Below, piece after piece: positions 9,758-18,996 of a stretch of 64,000 bases of DNA. The notes beneath the pieces are model-generated. The model saw nothing but the letters and a program-made list of their open reading frames with translations. It was not told where the DNA came from and made no database searches. Position 1 is the first letter of the stretch, and the number at the start of each line of letters is the position of its first letter. The position numbers were made by a program, and so were the translations under genes. This DNA comes from Patescibacteria group bacterium (GTDB taxonomy: Bacteria > Patescibacteriota > Patescibacteriia > UBA9934), in contig JBAZUI010000002.1 of assembly GCA_041661425.1 (NCBI GenBank), positions 38 to 64,037 on the forward strand, read 5' to 3'.

Positions 9758-12322
9758 TTATTCACCCTTTTTCCACGGCTCCAATACCCCCCAATTTTCT
9801 CCAACTTCACAGTCGACAAGAAGTGGAACTTCTGACCTCCAAATTCCTTCCATGATCTTTTTTATTGGCGAAATAACTTTTTCGAGATCCTTATCGCGAA
9901 CCTCAAAGACGAGCTCATCGTGAACCTGTAAAAGAATTTTGATTTCAAATTCATGTTTTTCGATCCATTCACTCACTTCGATCATGGCCATCTTCACCAA
10001 ATCAGCTTGAGTTCCCTGAATCGGCATATTCACGGCCATGCGTTCAGCCGCAGCAACGAGCATTTGGATTCCAGAATCGATATCGGGCAGATATCGACGA
10101 CGCCCAAAAAGCGTTTCAACATATCCGTCTTCCCGCGCCTTCTTTTTCATCGATTCGATATAGGTGCCGATGGCGGGATGGAGCTCAAAGTAACGATCAA
10201 TGAATTCTTTAGCCTTTTCCATTGGAAAACCCGTGCTTCGTGCCAGGTGTCGCGGGCCCATTCCATAGAGAATACCAAAATTGATTGCCTTGGCCGCCTG
10301 ACGTTCCGCTTTGGTGATATCATCTTCACTTTTTCCTAAAATCGCTGCGGCAGTCACGCGATGAATGTCAGCACCTTTTTGAAAAGCCTCAATAAAACCC
10401 TTATCACCGGACATCGCCGCCGCCAATCGAAGCTCGAACTGAGAATAATCTATCGAGACAAGAACAGAGCCTTTTGGAGCAATAAAAGCCTTTCGAATCT
10501 CATTCCCAAGATCGGTCCGAATTGGAATATTCTGTAGATTCGGTTCAGATGACGAGAGACGCCCGGTTGAGGCGATTGTTTGATTATAGGTGGTGTGGAT
10601 GCGCCCATCATTTTTAACAAGAAGAGGCAATGCATCAACATAGGTTGATTTGAGTTTTGAAAACTCACGATACCTCTGAATTTTTTCAATGATCGGATGT
10701 TCATCAAAAAGCTTTTCGAGCTGTGGCGCCGCTGTTGAGAATCCCGTTTTTGTCTTTTGAATACCCTTTGTTGGCAATTTTAGATCGATGAATAAAACAT
10801 CGGCGAGTTGCGATGGGGAAGCGATATTAAATTCTCGATGTGAAAGTGAGAATATTTCTTTTTCAAGAATCTTGAGCTCTTTTTCAAATTCCTTTGACAA
10901 TTTTTCCAAGCGTTGTTCATCAATCATGATTCCAGCTTCTTCCATCCTCGCTAGAATTGCGATAAGTGGCATCTCGATGTGTGAAAAAAGATCCAACATC
11001 TTTTCCGTTTCCAATTCTTTCTTCATGGGGTTGTACATCTTCTCAATCGCGAGAACAGCGTGCACCGGCGAAACAAGTGGAAAATCCTTTGCATATTGTC
11101 TCCCGATCGTTTCGAGATCAAACACACGAGTCCCTGGAGACAAGAGATAGGCAGCAACCATCACATCAAAAAGTGGAGATTCAAAAACTCCCACAATATG
11201 CATGAACATCTTCAAATCATGTCCAATGACGCAAGGGACTTTTTCAATGAATGCTAAAATTTCCGCAAGTGTCTCCTTTGTTGGCGAAGAAAAAATCAAT
11301 AATCCAGTGCCATCAAAAAGGACCAATTCTCCAATAACCGATCCAAAAAGCGTTTGTTCTGGGATGGAATAACCGATAAATATCGGGCCATGCTTCAAAT
11401 CCTTTAAAGAAGAGTAAACTCGAGTTGAACAGGGGACAGAGGCATTCTCTTTTTTCTCGGTATCATATTTTGAAGCGAGTTTTCGGAAGCCGTATTTCTC
11501 GTACAGTGCTTTTACTTCATTCGAGGATATGGAATTTCGTTTCGCTTCATCCAAAGTCAATTCAAGAGGAACATTTTTCACGAGCTCGACAAGATGGTGC
11601 ATTTCTTTTGCTTGCTCTTCCTGACCTTCCAGTTTTTTGGCAATTGATGCGCGGATCTTCCCAGCCTTCAGAGCTTTAAAAATATCCGGAAGATGGCCGA
11701 ATTCGTTCAATAGTTCAACCGCGGTTTTCTTTCCAATTCCCGCAACACCTGGAAGATTATCAGAAGGATCGCCCATAAGAGCCTTATAATCAATCATTTG
11801 TTCCGGCGTGACACCAAATTTTTCTTTGACGGCTTTTGCGTCGTACTCTTTTGTTTCAGAAATCCCTTTCACAAAAGCGTGGACAGAAATCCGTTCATCA
11901 ATTAGTTGCATGGTATCGGCATCACCCGTGAGAATGATGATTTTTGCCTTTTTTTCATAGCTCTTTGCAAGTGTGGCGAGAATGTCATCAGCTTCGAAGC
12001 CTTCTTTTGACAGAGAAGGAATGCCGTAAGCGGTCAAAAGCCCCTGAATCATAGGAATTTGATCGTAGAGTTCCTGCTCTTTTTTTTCTCGTTGAGCCTT
12101 ATAGGCCTCGTACTCTTTATGTCGGAAGGTCTTCTCCTTGAGATCCCAGGCAACGGCAAGATAAGTGGGTTGATATTTCTCAATGGATTTTTCCAAAATA
12201 TTGGCAAAACCATAAACCGCATTCACCACAACTCCGTCAGGAGAGGTGAGAGGGGGAATGGCATGCCAGGCGCGATGTAAAAGCGCATTTCCATCAATAA
12301 TAAGAAAAATTTCGTCATTCAT
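9758..12322 (-). CDS. polA: DNA polymerase I (5'-3' exonuclease plus 3'-5' exo-like plus family A polymerase domains)
   Basis: FEN motifs at the N-terminus (IIDGNALLHRAWHA), pol A motifs (RRxAKAINFGILYG, QVHDELVFE); 854 aa. Confidence 0.95.
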   Translation of the reverse strand: MNDEIFLIIDGNALLHRAWHAIPPLTSPDGVVVNAVYGFANILEKSIEKYQPTYLAVAWDLKEKTFRHKEYEAYKAQREKKEQELYDQIPMIQGLLTAYGIPSLSKEGFEADDILATLAKSYEKKAKIIILTGDADTMQLIDERISVHAFVKGISETKEYDAKAVKEKFGVTPEQMIDYKALMGDPSDNLPGVAGIGKKTAVELLNEFGHLPDIFKALKAGKIRASIAKKLEGQEEQAKEMHHLVELVKNVPLELTLDEAKRNSISSNEVKALYEKYGFRKLASKYDTEKKENASVPCSTRVYSSLKDLKHGPIFIGYSIPEQTLFGSVIGELVLFDGTGLLIFSSPTKETLAEILAFIEKVPCVIGHDLKMFMHIVGVFESPLFDVMVAAYLLSPGTRVFDLETIGRQYAKDFPLVSPVHAVLAIEKMYNPMKKELETEKMLDLFSHIEMPLIAILARMEEAGIMIDEQRLEKLSKEFEKELKILEKEIFSLSHREFNIASPSQLADVLFIDLKLPTKGIQKTKTGFSTAAPQLEKLFDEHPIIEKIQRYREFSKLKSTYVDALPLLVKNDGRIHTTYNQTIASTGRLSSSEPNLQNIPIRTDLGNEIRKAFIAPKGSVLVSIDYSQFELRLAAAMSGDKGFIEAFQKGADIHRVTAAAILGKSEDDITKAERQAAKAINFGILYGMGPRHLARSTGFPMEKAKEFIDRYFELHPAIGTYIESMKKKAREDGYVETLFGRRRYLPDIDSGIQMLVAAAERMAVNMPIQGTQADLVKMAMIEVSEWIEKHEFEIKILLQVHDELVFEVRDKDLEKVISPIKKIMEGIWRSEVPLLVDCEVGENWGVLEPWKKGE

Positions 12323-12351
12323 ACGCCTGAATTGTATCCTCTATCCTCAAA

Positions 12352-12380
12352 TAAAAAAAGGCGCCCGAGAATCGGGCGCC
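12352..12380 (-). terminator. Intrinsic terminator downstream of the lipoprotein gene (ggcgcccga-gaa-tcgggcgcc plus U run on the minus strand)
   Basis: 9-bp GC stem preceded on plus by an A8 run. Confidence 0.6.
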
Positions 12381-12391
12381 CCTTAAAATCC

Positions 12392-13177
12392 CTATGGCTG
12401 GAATATCGTCTCTTCTTCGCCGTTAACACTTACCACAACCGAGTCAACCGTATCAAATTGCATGAGTGTTTTCTCAATTTGCGCGCGCATGGCTGTCACT
12501 CGACACGATCCACCGCTCCATTCATTGATATCTGGGCTTTCAAATTCGACGGTCGCAACTCCATTCTTCACCGAGACGGATTTGATCGTGGTGAAATTTG
12601 GAACGACGGTCGTTGCCCATTCTGATGTTGGGCCAGAGAGAAGCTCACTCAACGCTAATTCCGCAACATTTGTGGTATAGGCCATGGTTCGCTTTTCAAA
12701 ATCAACTGCCGAACAATCTCCGTACTCAGCTGCCGCCGCGTCCATAAAGTACACATCAACCGATGTTTTTTCGAGTGAATCAAGTTTTAAACTTCGAGTG
12801 ACAACGTCCTGTTGGCTTCCATCCATCGCGGAATAAGTGAAAACCTCGAGCGTAAAATTTTCATCCTCGAGGACCGGAAGAAAAATTCTTGCTTCGAAAT
12901 CGCCAAATTCACCCGTATCAGGGGCATTAGCAATCACATTGCCTTCAAGAACCGAGACTCCCGAATGATCAAGAATGCTCCACGAAACTACATTTTCAAA
13001 AACACGCGCACGCCCAGATAGTGTTAATGGGGAAGTTACAATCGAGCCATCGGCAGGGCTCTCGAGAACAATATTCGATTCCGGCTCCTCAGTATTGGGA
13101 TCATCTTGCGTTGAAAAAAATGAACAACCAGCACCCAAAAAAGTAAGGCCGAGAAGAAGAAAAAGGCATTTTTTCAT
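12392..13177 (-). CDS. Lipoprotein with Gmad2 Ig-like plus GerMN domains
   Basis: Lipobox LGAGC after the signal peptide; GerMN-like C-terminal half (VYFMDAAAAEYGDCSAV...); architecture typical of GerMN/Gmad2 proteins. Confidence 0.6.
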   Translation of the reverse strand: MKKCLFLLLGLTFLGAGCSFFSTQDDPNTEEPESNIVLESPADGSIVTSPLTLSGRARVFENVVSWSILDHSGVSVLEGNVIANAPDTGEFGDFEARIFLPVLEDENFTLEVFTYSAMDGSQQDVVTRSLKLDSLEKTSVDVYFMDAAAAEYGDCSAVDFEKRTMAYTTNVAELALSELLSGPTSEWATTVVPNFTTIKSVSVKNGVATVEFESPDINEWSGGSCRVTAMRAQIEKTLMQFDTVDSVVVSVNGEEETIFQP

Positions 13178-13187
13178 AGAATCGTTA

Positions 13188-13988
13188 TTATTTAATGGAA
13201 ACTTCTGTGCAATCGGTCATCATCTCCTTGAGGTATTCGAGCTCCTTGGCATCGTCACAGGAATATTCCCCTGATCCATTCCAGAAAATAATCCAAGAGG
13301 ACCCGTTATAATGGGCAAGAAATGCATCGACGGTGCGTTGATTGGATGCATCACTATACTCGATTTCACCACGAATATGTTGTTCATCCTGGTAGAGGAC
13401 ATCAACACTCGCATTCGTTGCATCGAAACCAAGGGCGAAACCAAGCGAACCGAGCAAACCGTCATCGTATTCGGTTTCAATTGAGAAATCCTCGTCACCG
13501 GTTCCGCATTGTGCCGCAAACGTTCCAGTTTCAGTCGTTGGATTTCCTTCTTCATCGAATGTGGGAATCAACCCCAAAAGACAAACCGTATTTTCGTTTC
13601 GATACGCTCGTATCGAGGAGAGATCCGAAACAAACGTATTATATCCATCAAGGGCGAATCCGTGACTCACAAGAAAAGCCTCTGCTGCCTCCACTTGTTC
13701 GGGAGCAACTCGCGCAACCTCGATTTCAACTCCAGCGACTTCAATTTCTCGATCGCGTCCAATGTGCCAAATAAAATCTCTTGCGATCAATGTACTTTCC
13801 ATATTGCCGGCAAGCATCAATCCCTCAATAAGACCCCCGGCATCGTGAGTTGCCGAATCCTCATAACGCCTCTGCAAATTCCACAAAAAGAGGACGGCTC
13901 CAATGGCAACAAGAAGAATGAATAACGATGAAAGATATTTCCACATATCTGTACTAGATAGAGTAACAAGTCCGCGTTTTTTTGCCAA
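13188..13988 (-). CDS. Membrane-anchored hypothetical protein
   Basis: Single N-terminal TM (LSSLFILLVAIGAVLFLW); no recognisable domain. Confidence 0.45.
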   Translation of the reverse strand: MAKKRGLVTLSSTDMWKYLSSLFILLVAIGAVLFLWNLQRRYEDSATHDAGGLIEGLMLAGNMESTLIARDFIWHIGRDREIEVAGVEIEVARVAPEQVEAAEAFLVSHGFALDGYNTFVSDLSSIRAYRNENTVCLLGLIPTFDEEGNPTTETGTFAAQCGTGDEDFSIETEYDDGLLGSLGFALGFDATNASVDVLYQDEQHIRGEIEYSDASNQRTVDAFLAHYNGSSWIIFWNGSGEYSCDDAKELEYLKEMMTDCTEVSIK

Positions 13989-14014
13989 GAAAATTGGCCC
14001 CGAAGGGCCAATTT

Positions 14015-15085
14015 CTATTGCGCGATAAAGTTAATCGTCAATTCCGCGACACCGAGTTTCAACTCGGCATTCATATGTTTCGAGGCATTATCGTAATTAT
14101 TTGAACGATACACGCCATCACTAACTTCATGAAAATCTGAGATATTTTTTTCAGTTAACCCTGTGTCAAGATGTAACTCGACCCCGACATTCGCTGGAAT
14201 GCCAATAGAAATCTCACTCACTCCGGCATCAATTTCCATGGTTGCCCCATCAACAATATTCCCGACAACGATTTCAACCGATGAAGCGCCTGTGTCTAAA
14301 TCAAGGCTCTGAAGAATGATGGATTGCAGATCAAGATTAATCTCTGAAGCCCCGCTTTCAACCGTCAAATCCATTGGAAAATTCTCGGAAAGTGATAAAT
14401 CCATGTTATTAATCCAATTTCCGAATTGAATATTCGAATCGCCTTCCATATCAACGGTGATGTATTGAGTTCCATCCGAAGAAAGATTCGTCTCTGCTGA
14501 AAAATGAGTAAAATTCGATTCAAGATCGCCGGTTAGCATAGCAAAAGGCGTTGCAAGGAATGGATCACCGGAAAGATTGAGAGACCCCAATCCATGATGA
14601 ACGGTGATATCACCGCTTTGCGTAAAGGGGAATTGCTCAATAAGAAGGTTTGAGTTGTTGACCTCGTGATGTTCGCCAATGGCCACGGCTCCGAAAATCA
14701 CAACGGTAACGAGCCCTACAATCATGACACCAGTCGCAAAAAGAATTCGCATCCAACCTCGACCGGAAATGAGACTCAAGCCCGCAACAATAATGAGAAG
14801 TGGCCAGAGCTCGAAAAAATTTATTGAAAAATCCGGGAAGATTCCAAGATTCTTTCCAAGCCAAGCAAATCCGAAAAAGATAAAAAGAACTCCTAGAAAA
14901 ATAGCACCAAAATTGATGAATCGACGTTTTTCTTTCTTCTCTTCAGGCTCTGATGTCTTTGGAGAAACTGGGGGAGAAGTAAAACCATCATCAACTCGGT
15001 GCACAATGGTCTCGCGATCAGGATGAAGATTGTGTTCTGGAAGCTCCATATTATCGATTTTTAATAATAAGGAACAAGCCACCAA
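14015..15085 (-). CDS. LiaF-like / DUF4097 (putative adhesin beta-repeat) membrane protein
   Basis: N-terminal TM helices then a C-terminal beta-strand repeat region; overlaps and follows a PspC-domain gene, a known pairing. Confidence 0.5.
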   Translation of the reverse strand: MVACSLLLKIDNMELPEHNLHPDRETIVHRVDDGFTSPPVSPKTSEPEEKKEKRRFINFGAIFLGVLFIFFGFAWLGKNLGIFPDFSINFFELWPLLIIVAGLSLISGRGWMRILFATGVMIVGLVTVVIFGAVAIGEHHEVNNSNLLIEQFPFTQSGDITVHHGLGSLNLSGDPFLATPFAMLTGDLESNFTHFSAETNLSSDGTQYITVDMEGDSNIQFGNWINNMDLSLSENFPMDLTVESGASEINLDLQSIILQSLDLDTGASSVEIVVGNIVDGATMEIDAGVSEISIGIPANVGVELHLDTGLTEKNISDFHEVSDGVYRSNNYDNASKHMNAELKLGVAELTINFIAQ

Positions 15086-15479
15086 GAATAATCAGTGATG
15101 GCCAAAAAAACTTTAAATAATCAGCGAAATGAAGCATTGGTGCGAAAAGACAGTAAAAACCAATGATAATAATGAGAACCGCAAGTGTTGTTCTATTATT
15201 TTCGAACCACGATGATTTCTCAATGGCCGAAGGCTGGGCGATAACCGGCAATGGTGTTTGAACAGCTTGTTTTACTTCTTCACTCGACTCCGCCTCTGGC
15301 ACAAGAAGAACTAAGGCAAAATAGGCAAGGAGACCAATGCCGTGGAGAAAAATTGCGACAATGAAGATAATACGAACAATTGTCGCATCGATGTGGAAAT
15401 ATTCGGCCAATCCTCCACAAACGCCAAATAGAATGCGATCCTTTTTTGAACGAGTGAGCTTTTTTGTTTCTTCTTGCAT
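15051..15479 (-). CDS. PspC-domain (phage-shock protein C family) membrane protein
   Basis: RSKKDRILFGVCGGLAEYFHIDATIVRIIFIV matches the PspC domain core. Confidence 0.75.
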   Translation of the reverse strand: MQEETKKLTRSKKDRILFGVCGGLAEYFHIDATIVRIIFIVAIFLHGIGLLAYFALVLLVPEAESSEEVKQAVQTPLPVIAQPSAIEKSSWFENNRTTLAVLIIIIGFYCLFAPMLHFADYLKFFWPSLIILGGLFLIIKNR

Positions 15480-15541
15480 ACAAAATTAGATAGTCACTCC
15501 TATTTGTATCGAAGATTGCCTGTTTTGTAAAGGGAAAAACT

Positions 15542-16324
15542 CTATTTCTTGCGTAACCGAAGACCAACCGGGCAATGATCAGACCCGCGCACTTTTTGCC
15601 AAATAAAGGCCTCCTCAATCTGAGGGGCAAGAGCCTTATCGACCCAAAAATAATCTAAACGCCAACCAACATTGCGCAATCGTGCCCCGGAAACGACATC
15701 CCACCAGCTATATTCATTGGCGGCCTCCGGATGAAGGTATCGAAAAGAATCAACAAATCCATGTTCCTCGAGCTTATCGAGCCACTTACGCTCGATTGGC
15801 ATGAAACCCGAATTTTTCACGTTCTCTTTTGGGCGAGCAATATCAATTTCATGGTGCGCGGTATTCACATCACCGCAAAAAATCACCGGTTTCTTCTTGC
15901 GATAATCTTCAACGAGGTCCAAAAATCGATCATAAAACCTCATTTTATATTCCAAACGATCCTTACCGCGTCCACCATTCGGAAAATAAACATTAAAAAG
16001 ATAAAAATCATCATGCTCCGTAAGAATAATGCGACCTTCTTCATCGAGCAGTGGCTCACCGAACGTTGAGATAACCGCTTTCGGCTCATCTTTTACAAAT
16101 GTGGCAACTCCGCTATAGCCTTTTCGCTCGGGAAAACTCCAAATACCAAGATATCCTTCTGGATGGACTGCTTCCTCGGGGATTTGGGAAATTTGCGCCT
16201 TTGTTTCCTGAATACAAAGAACATCGGGCGATACTTCTTTGAGCCAAGAAAGAAACCCTTTTTTCAGAACCGCGCGAACTCCATTGACGTTCCAGGAGAG
16301 AAGCAATTGTGAATTCTTTAACAT
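15542..16324 (-). CDS. xth: Exodeoxyribonuclease III (AP endonuclease)
   Basis: LLSWNVNGVRA, VLCIQETK and the C-terminal SDHCPV motif of the ExoIII/APE1 family. Confidence 0.9.
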   Translation of the reverse strand: MLKNSQLLLSWNVNGVRAVLKKGFLSWLKEVSPDVLCIQETKAQISQIPEEAVHPEGYLGIWSFPERKGYSGVATFVKDEPKAVISTFGEPLLDEEGRIILTEHDDFYLFNVYFPNGGRGKDRLEYKMRFYDRFLDLVEDYRKKKPVIFCGDVNTAHHEIDIARPKENVKNSGFMPIERKWLDKLEEHGFVDSFRYLHPEAANEYSWWDVVSGARLRNVGWRLDYFWVDKALAPQIEEAFIWQKVRGSDHCPVGLRLRKK

Positions 16325-16416
16325 AGATATTCAAATTCTAGCACAATTGCATGAAGCACAAACAAAAAACCCTACTAAGTACAGTATGTGCAAGAAACGG
16401 GTGATGTATGGAAACG

Positions 16417-16541
16417 AAAAACCTCTTGTACTTTGTACGATACAAGGCGTGGGTGACAGTCGAGGAGACGTACCTTAATGGTACGTTGACGAAGACTGTC
16501 AGGACCCACAACGCAGTAGCGTGCAAGTACAAGAGGTTTTT
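16417..16541 (-). terminator. 125-bp multi-tier palindromic hairpin (outer 15-bp stem AAAAACCTCTTGTAC/GTACAAGAGGTTTTT with inner 5+8-bp and 7-bp stems) immediately 3' of tRNA-His; likely the tRNA-operon terminator, or a small structured element.
   Basis: Inverted repeats read directly; U5 follows the stem on the minus strand. Confidence 0.45.
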
Positions 16542-16542
16542 A

Positions 16543-16618
16543 TGGGGCGGCTAAAGGGAATCGAACCCTTATAGCTGGGACCACAACCCAGTGCACTAAC
16601 CATTATGCTATAGCCGCC
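16543..16618 (-). tRNA. tRNA-His (anticodon GTG) with encoded G-1
   Basis: Cloverleaf on the revcomp; extra 5' G pairing with C73; anticodon loop TTGTGGT; CCA encoded. Confidence 0.85.
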
Positions 16619-16669
16619 ATAATTTTGAGGACATGTCTTCCGAGACCCTGGCACAGCCCGAGCGAAGGC

Positions 16670-16746
16670 TGGTGCACCCGGCAGGACTTGAACCTGCAAC
16701 CTTGAGGTTAGAACCCTCCTGCTCTATCCAGTTGAGCTACGGGTGC
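16670..16746 (-). tRNA. tRNA-Arg (anticodon TCT)
   Basis: The revcomp GCACCCG...CGGGTGCACCA folds as a cloverleaf; anticodon loop GTTCTAA; G27-A43 mismatch, as in the other Arg tRNA. Confidence 0.8.
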
Positions 16747-16792
16747 TCACGAATCGTTTGCGAAGAGATAATGCCACGAAAAATGGAATAAA

Positions 16793-17716
16793 TCAAGCCC
16801 CCTTCTTATCGTGAAATGTTTTGTGGACCCGGCGGAGTTCTTTATCAGTAATATGAGTATAAACCTGGGTCGTTGTGATGGATTCGTGACCTAGGAGTGC
16901 CTGAACCGATCGCAGGTCTGCTCCATTGCGCAATAAATCCGTGGCAAAGGTGTGGCGCAACACATGGGGAGTAATGCGCTTTGTAATCCCGGATTCCTTT
17001 GCATATCGATCAATGATACGTTGAATTGAACGAGGCGTAAGTGATTCGACAGCCCCACGGGAGCGTTTTGCCGGGTCATGACCAACAAAAATAAACGGTG
17101 ATGAGTCTTTCCGAGTCGAGAGATAGTCTCGAATGGCATTTCGAGCCTCAGGAGAAAGAAAAACAACACGATGTTTGCTTCCCTTACCTTTGATTGTGAA
17201 TTCCTCACGCTTCAAATTGATATTTTCCCTTTTTAGCGAGGCGAGCTCGGAAACTCGAAGACCCGCAGAAAAAAGCGTCTCGATAATGGCCAAATCACGC
17301 AAGCCAATCAATCCGCCTGTTGCTTTTGGTGCGTTCCTTAAAAGGTTCAATTCCTCGGGCTCCAAGAAGGCGATGGCACGCGTTCCTTGCTTTGCGAGTT
17401 CGATTTTACTTGCAGAAATCACGCGGATATCTTGTTTTGCGAGATATTTGAGGAATGCTCGAAGAGCAATTAAGTGATAATTCTGTGTGCTTTTCTTGAG
17501 ATTTGATCCATCGCGCCCATCAATTGATCGATTGAGATAGAGGCGATATTCATGGATCATTTCCGAGGTGATTTTTGAGGGATTTGGGAATTTGGCCCAT
17601 TCGGCAAATCGATGGAGATAAAAGGCGTAATTATTGATGGTTCGTGCTGATCGTCCACGCTCAACCTCAAGATATTCAAGAAATTTTTTAATAAGACTTT
17701 CAATCCGACTTGCCAT
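16793..17716 (-). CDS. Site-specific tyrosine recombinase, XerC/XerD family
   Basis: Catalytic R..HxxR..Y motifs (GLRVSEL, HVLRHTFAT, LGHESITTTQVYTH). Confidence 0.85.
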   Translation of the reverse strand: MASRIESLIKKFLEYLEVERGRSARTINNYAFYLHRFAEWAKFPNPSKITSEMIHEYRLYLNRSIDGRDGSNLKKSTQNYHLIALRAFLKYLAKQDIRVISASKIELAKQGTRAIAFLEPEELNLLRNAPKATGGLIGLRDLAIIETLFSAGLRVSELASLKRENINLKREEFTIKGKGSKHRVVFLSPEARNAIRDYLSTRKDSSPFIFVGHDPAKRSRGAVESLTPRSIQRIIDRYAKESGITKRITPHVLRHTFATDLLRNGADLRSVQALLGHESITTTQVYTHITDKELRRVHKTFHDKKGA

Positions 17717-17760
17717 ATTCGAATATTATACGACACAAAGGCTGAAATGAGAATGAATTC

Positions 17761-17790
17761 TTGACAAATAGCCAAAAAACATGCTAATTT
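17761..17790 (+). promoter_or_regulatory. Sigma70-like promoter (TTGACA-18-TGcTAATTT) of paralog 1. Identical copies sit at 18346-18375 and 18916-18945; the rpsO version (TTGACA-17-TAGACT) is at 19504-19532.
   Basis: Hexamers and spacing read directly; conserved in every unit. Confidence 0.6.
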
Positions 17791-17795
17791 CACCC

Positions 17796-17829
17796 GTCGT
17801 AGAAATCCTCATAACGAGGAAAAACGACA
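17796..17829 (+). promoter_or_regulatory. Nested 5'UTR stem-loop (GTCGT..[TCCTC-loop-GAGGA]..ACGAC) directly abutting the AGGAG Shine-Dalgarno; repeated before each paralog.
   Basis: Stems are identical in all three copies while the loop and linker differ in copy 3 (ataac>acgac, aaa>caata). Confidence 0.5.
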
Positions 17830-17839
17830 GGAGCTGACG

Positions 17840-18271
17840 ATGGCCAAGCAGACCCGCGAAGAGCGCCAGGAGCTGATGCGCAATTTCGATGACTTCGCCT
17901 ACTGGTTGCGAACGTCCATCCTTGCGGGAGCGGTCACGGCCGAAGACTTCGGTCGCATGATCGACGTACTCCTCCCCGTGACTAAGGCGAGATCGAGCCT
18001 CACCCTACGCATCGATGAGCTTGGGCTCTCGACGCGAACTCTGACCTGCCTGAAAAACAGGGGGGACATCGAGAACGTCGGGCAACTCCTCGAGATGACC
18101 GAAGGAGAGTTGCTGAAGACCAAGGGCTTCGGCAGGAAGTGCCTGAACGAGGTCAAGGAGATCCTCGCGGACATGGAGCTCACCTTCGGCATGATGGAGG
18201 CCAAGACCGAGGTTCCGGACTTCATGCGTGAGCGGCTCCTGTCCGAGGCCCGAAAGCTCAGCGAGCCCTAG
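17840..18271 (+). CDS. Small protein with an RNA polymerase alpha-subunit C-terminal-domain (alpha-CTD, HhH) fold, paralog 1
   Basis: LTLRIDELGLSTRTLTCLKNRGDIENVGQLLEMTEGELLKTKGFGRKCLNEVKEILADMELTFGM aligns with the RpoA CTD consensus (ELELSVRSANCLK..I..VGDLV..TE.ELLKTPNLGKKSL.EIK..LA..GLSLGM). Unique 55-aa N-terminal region. Confidence 0.7.
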   Translation: MAKQTREERQELMRNFDDFAYWLRTSILAGAVTAEDFGRMIDVLLPVTKARSSLTLRIDELGLSTRTLTCLKNRGDIENVGQLLEMTEGELLKTKGFGRKCLNEVKEILADMELTFGMMEAKTEVPDFMRERLLSEARKLSEP

Positions 18272-18295
18272 CCGAGCCTCGCACCCTTCTCATCG

Positions 18296-18321
18296 CGCCC
18301 CAGCGGAACTCCGCCGGGGCG
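18296..18321 (+). terminator. GC-rich hairpin (cgcccc-agcggaactccgcc-ggggcg) after paralog 1; equivalents follow paralogs 2 and 3.
   Basis: Imperfect 12-bp inverted repeat; copy 2 keeps pairing through a bulge and different inner bases (covariation); no U tract. Confidence 0.45.
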
Positions 18322-18424
18322 TGAATTCGTATAAACAACATTTTCTTGACAAATAGCCAAAAATCATGCTAATTTTACCCGTCGTAGAAATCCTCATAAC
18401 GAGGAAAAACGACAGGAGCAGACC

Positions 18425-18841
18425 ATGGCCGAGATGACACGCGAAGAGCGCCAGGACCTGGTACACAAGTTCGACGATTTTTACTACTGGATCCGGACGC
18501 TCATTCTCACGGGAATGATCGGGCGTGAGACCGTCGATGGAATGATCAATGGCATCATCTCGATCGAGGCGGAAGCAGGGTTCATGAAGCGTTTTGACGA
18601 GCTCGAGCTCTCAGTACGCTCTCAGAACCTTCTGGCGAACGCTGAAATCCAGTATGTCTACCAGATCGTCTTGATGACCGAGAGAGATCTGATCATGACC
18701 AAGCTCGGTCGGAAGGGCATGAAGGAGATCATGGGGGTCGTCGCAGACATGGGACTCTCCATCATGTTCGATTGGTCCATGCCACACTTCGTCCGTCAAC
18801 AGCTCTGCTACTATATCCGGAAGCTTGTGGGCAAGCCCTAG
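18425..18841 (+). CDS. Alpha-CTD-like small protein, paralog 2 (most divergent)
   Basis: Same architecture; FDELELSVRSQNLLANAEIQYVYQIVLMTERDLIMTKLGRKGMKEIMGVVADMGLSIM. Confidence 0.7.
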   Translation: MAEMTREERQDLVHKFDDFYYWIRTLILTGMIGRETVDGMINGIISIEAEAGFMKRFDELELSVRSQNLLANAEIQYVYQIVLMTERDLIMTKLGRKGMKEIMGVVADMGLSIMFDWSMPHFVRQQLCYYIRKLVGKP

Positions 18842-18996
18842 TCCGAGCGTCGCCCCCCCCTCAACGCGCCCCAGCGGACTCCCGCGGGGCGTGAATTTGT
18901 TTAAACAACATTTTCTTGACAAATAGCCAAAAATCATGCTAATTTCACCCGTCGTAGAAATCCTCACGACGAGGACAATAACGACAGGAGCAGACC

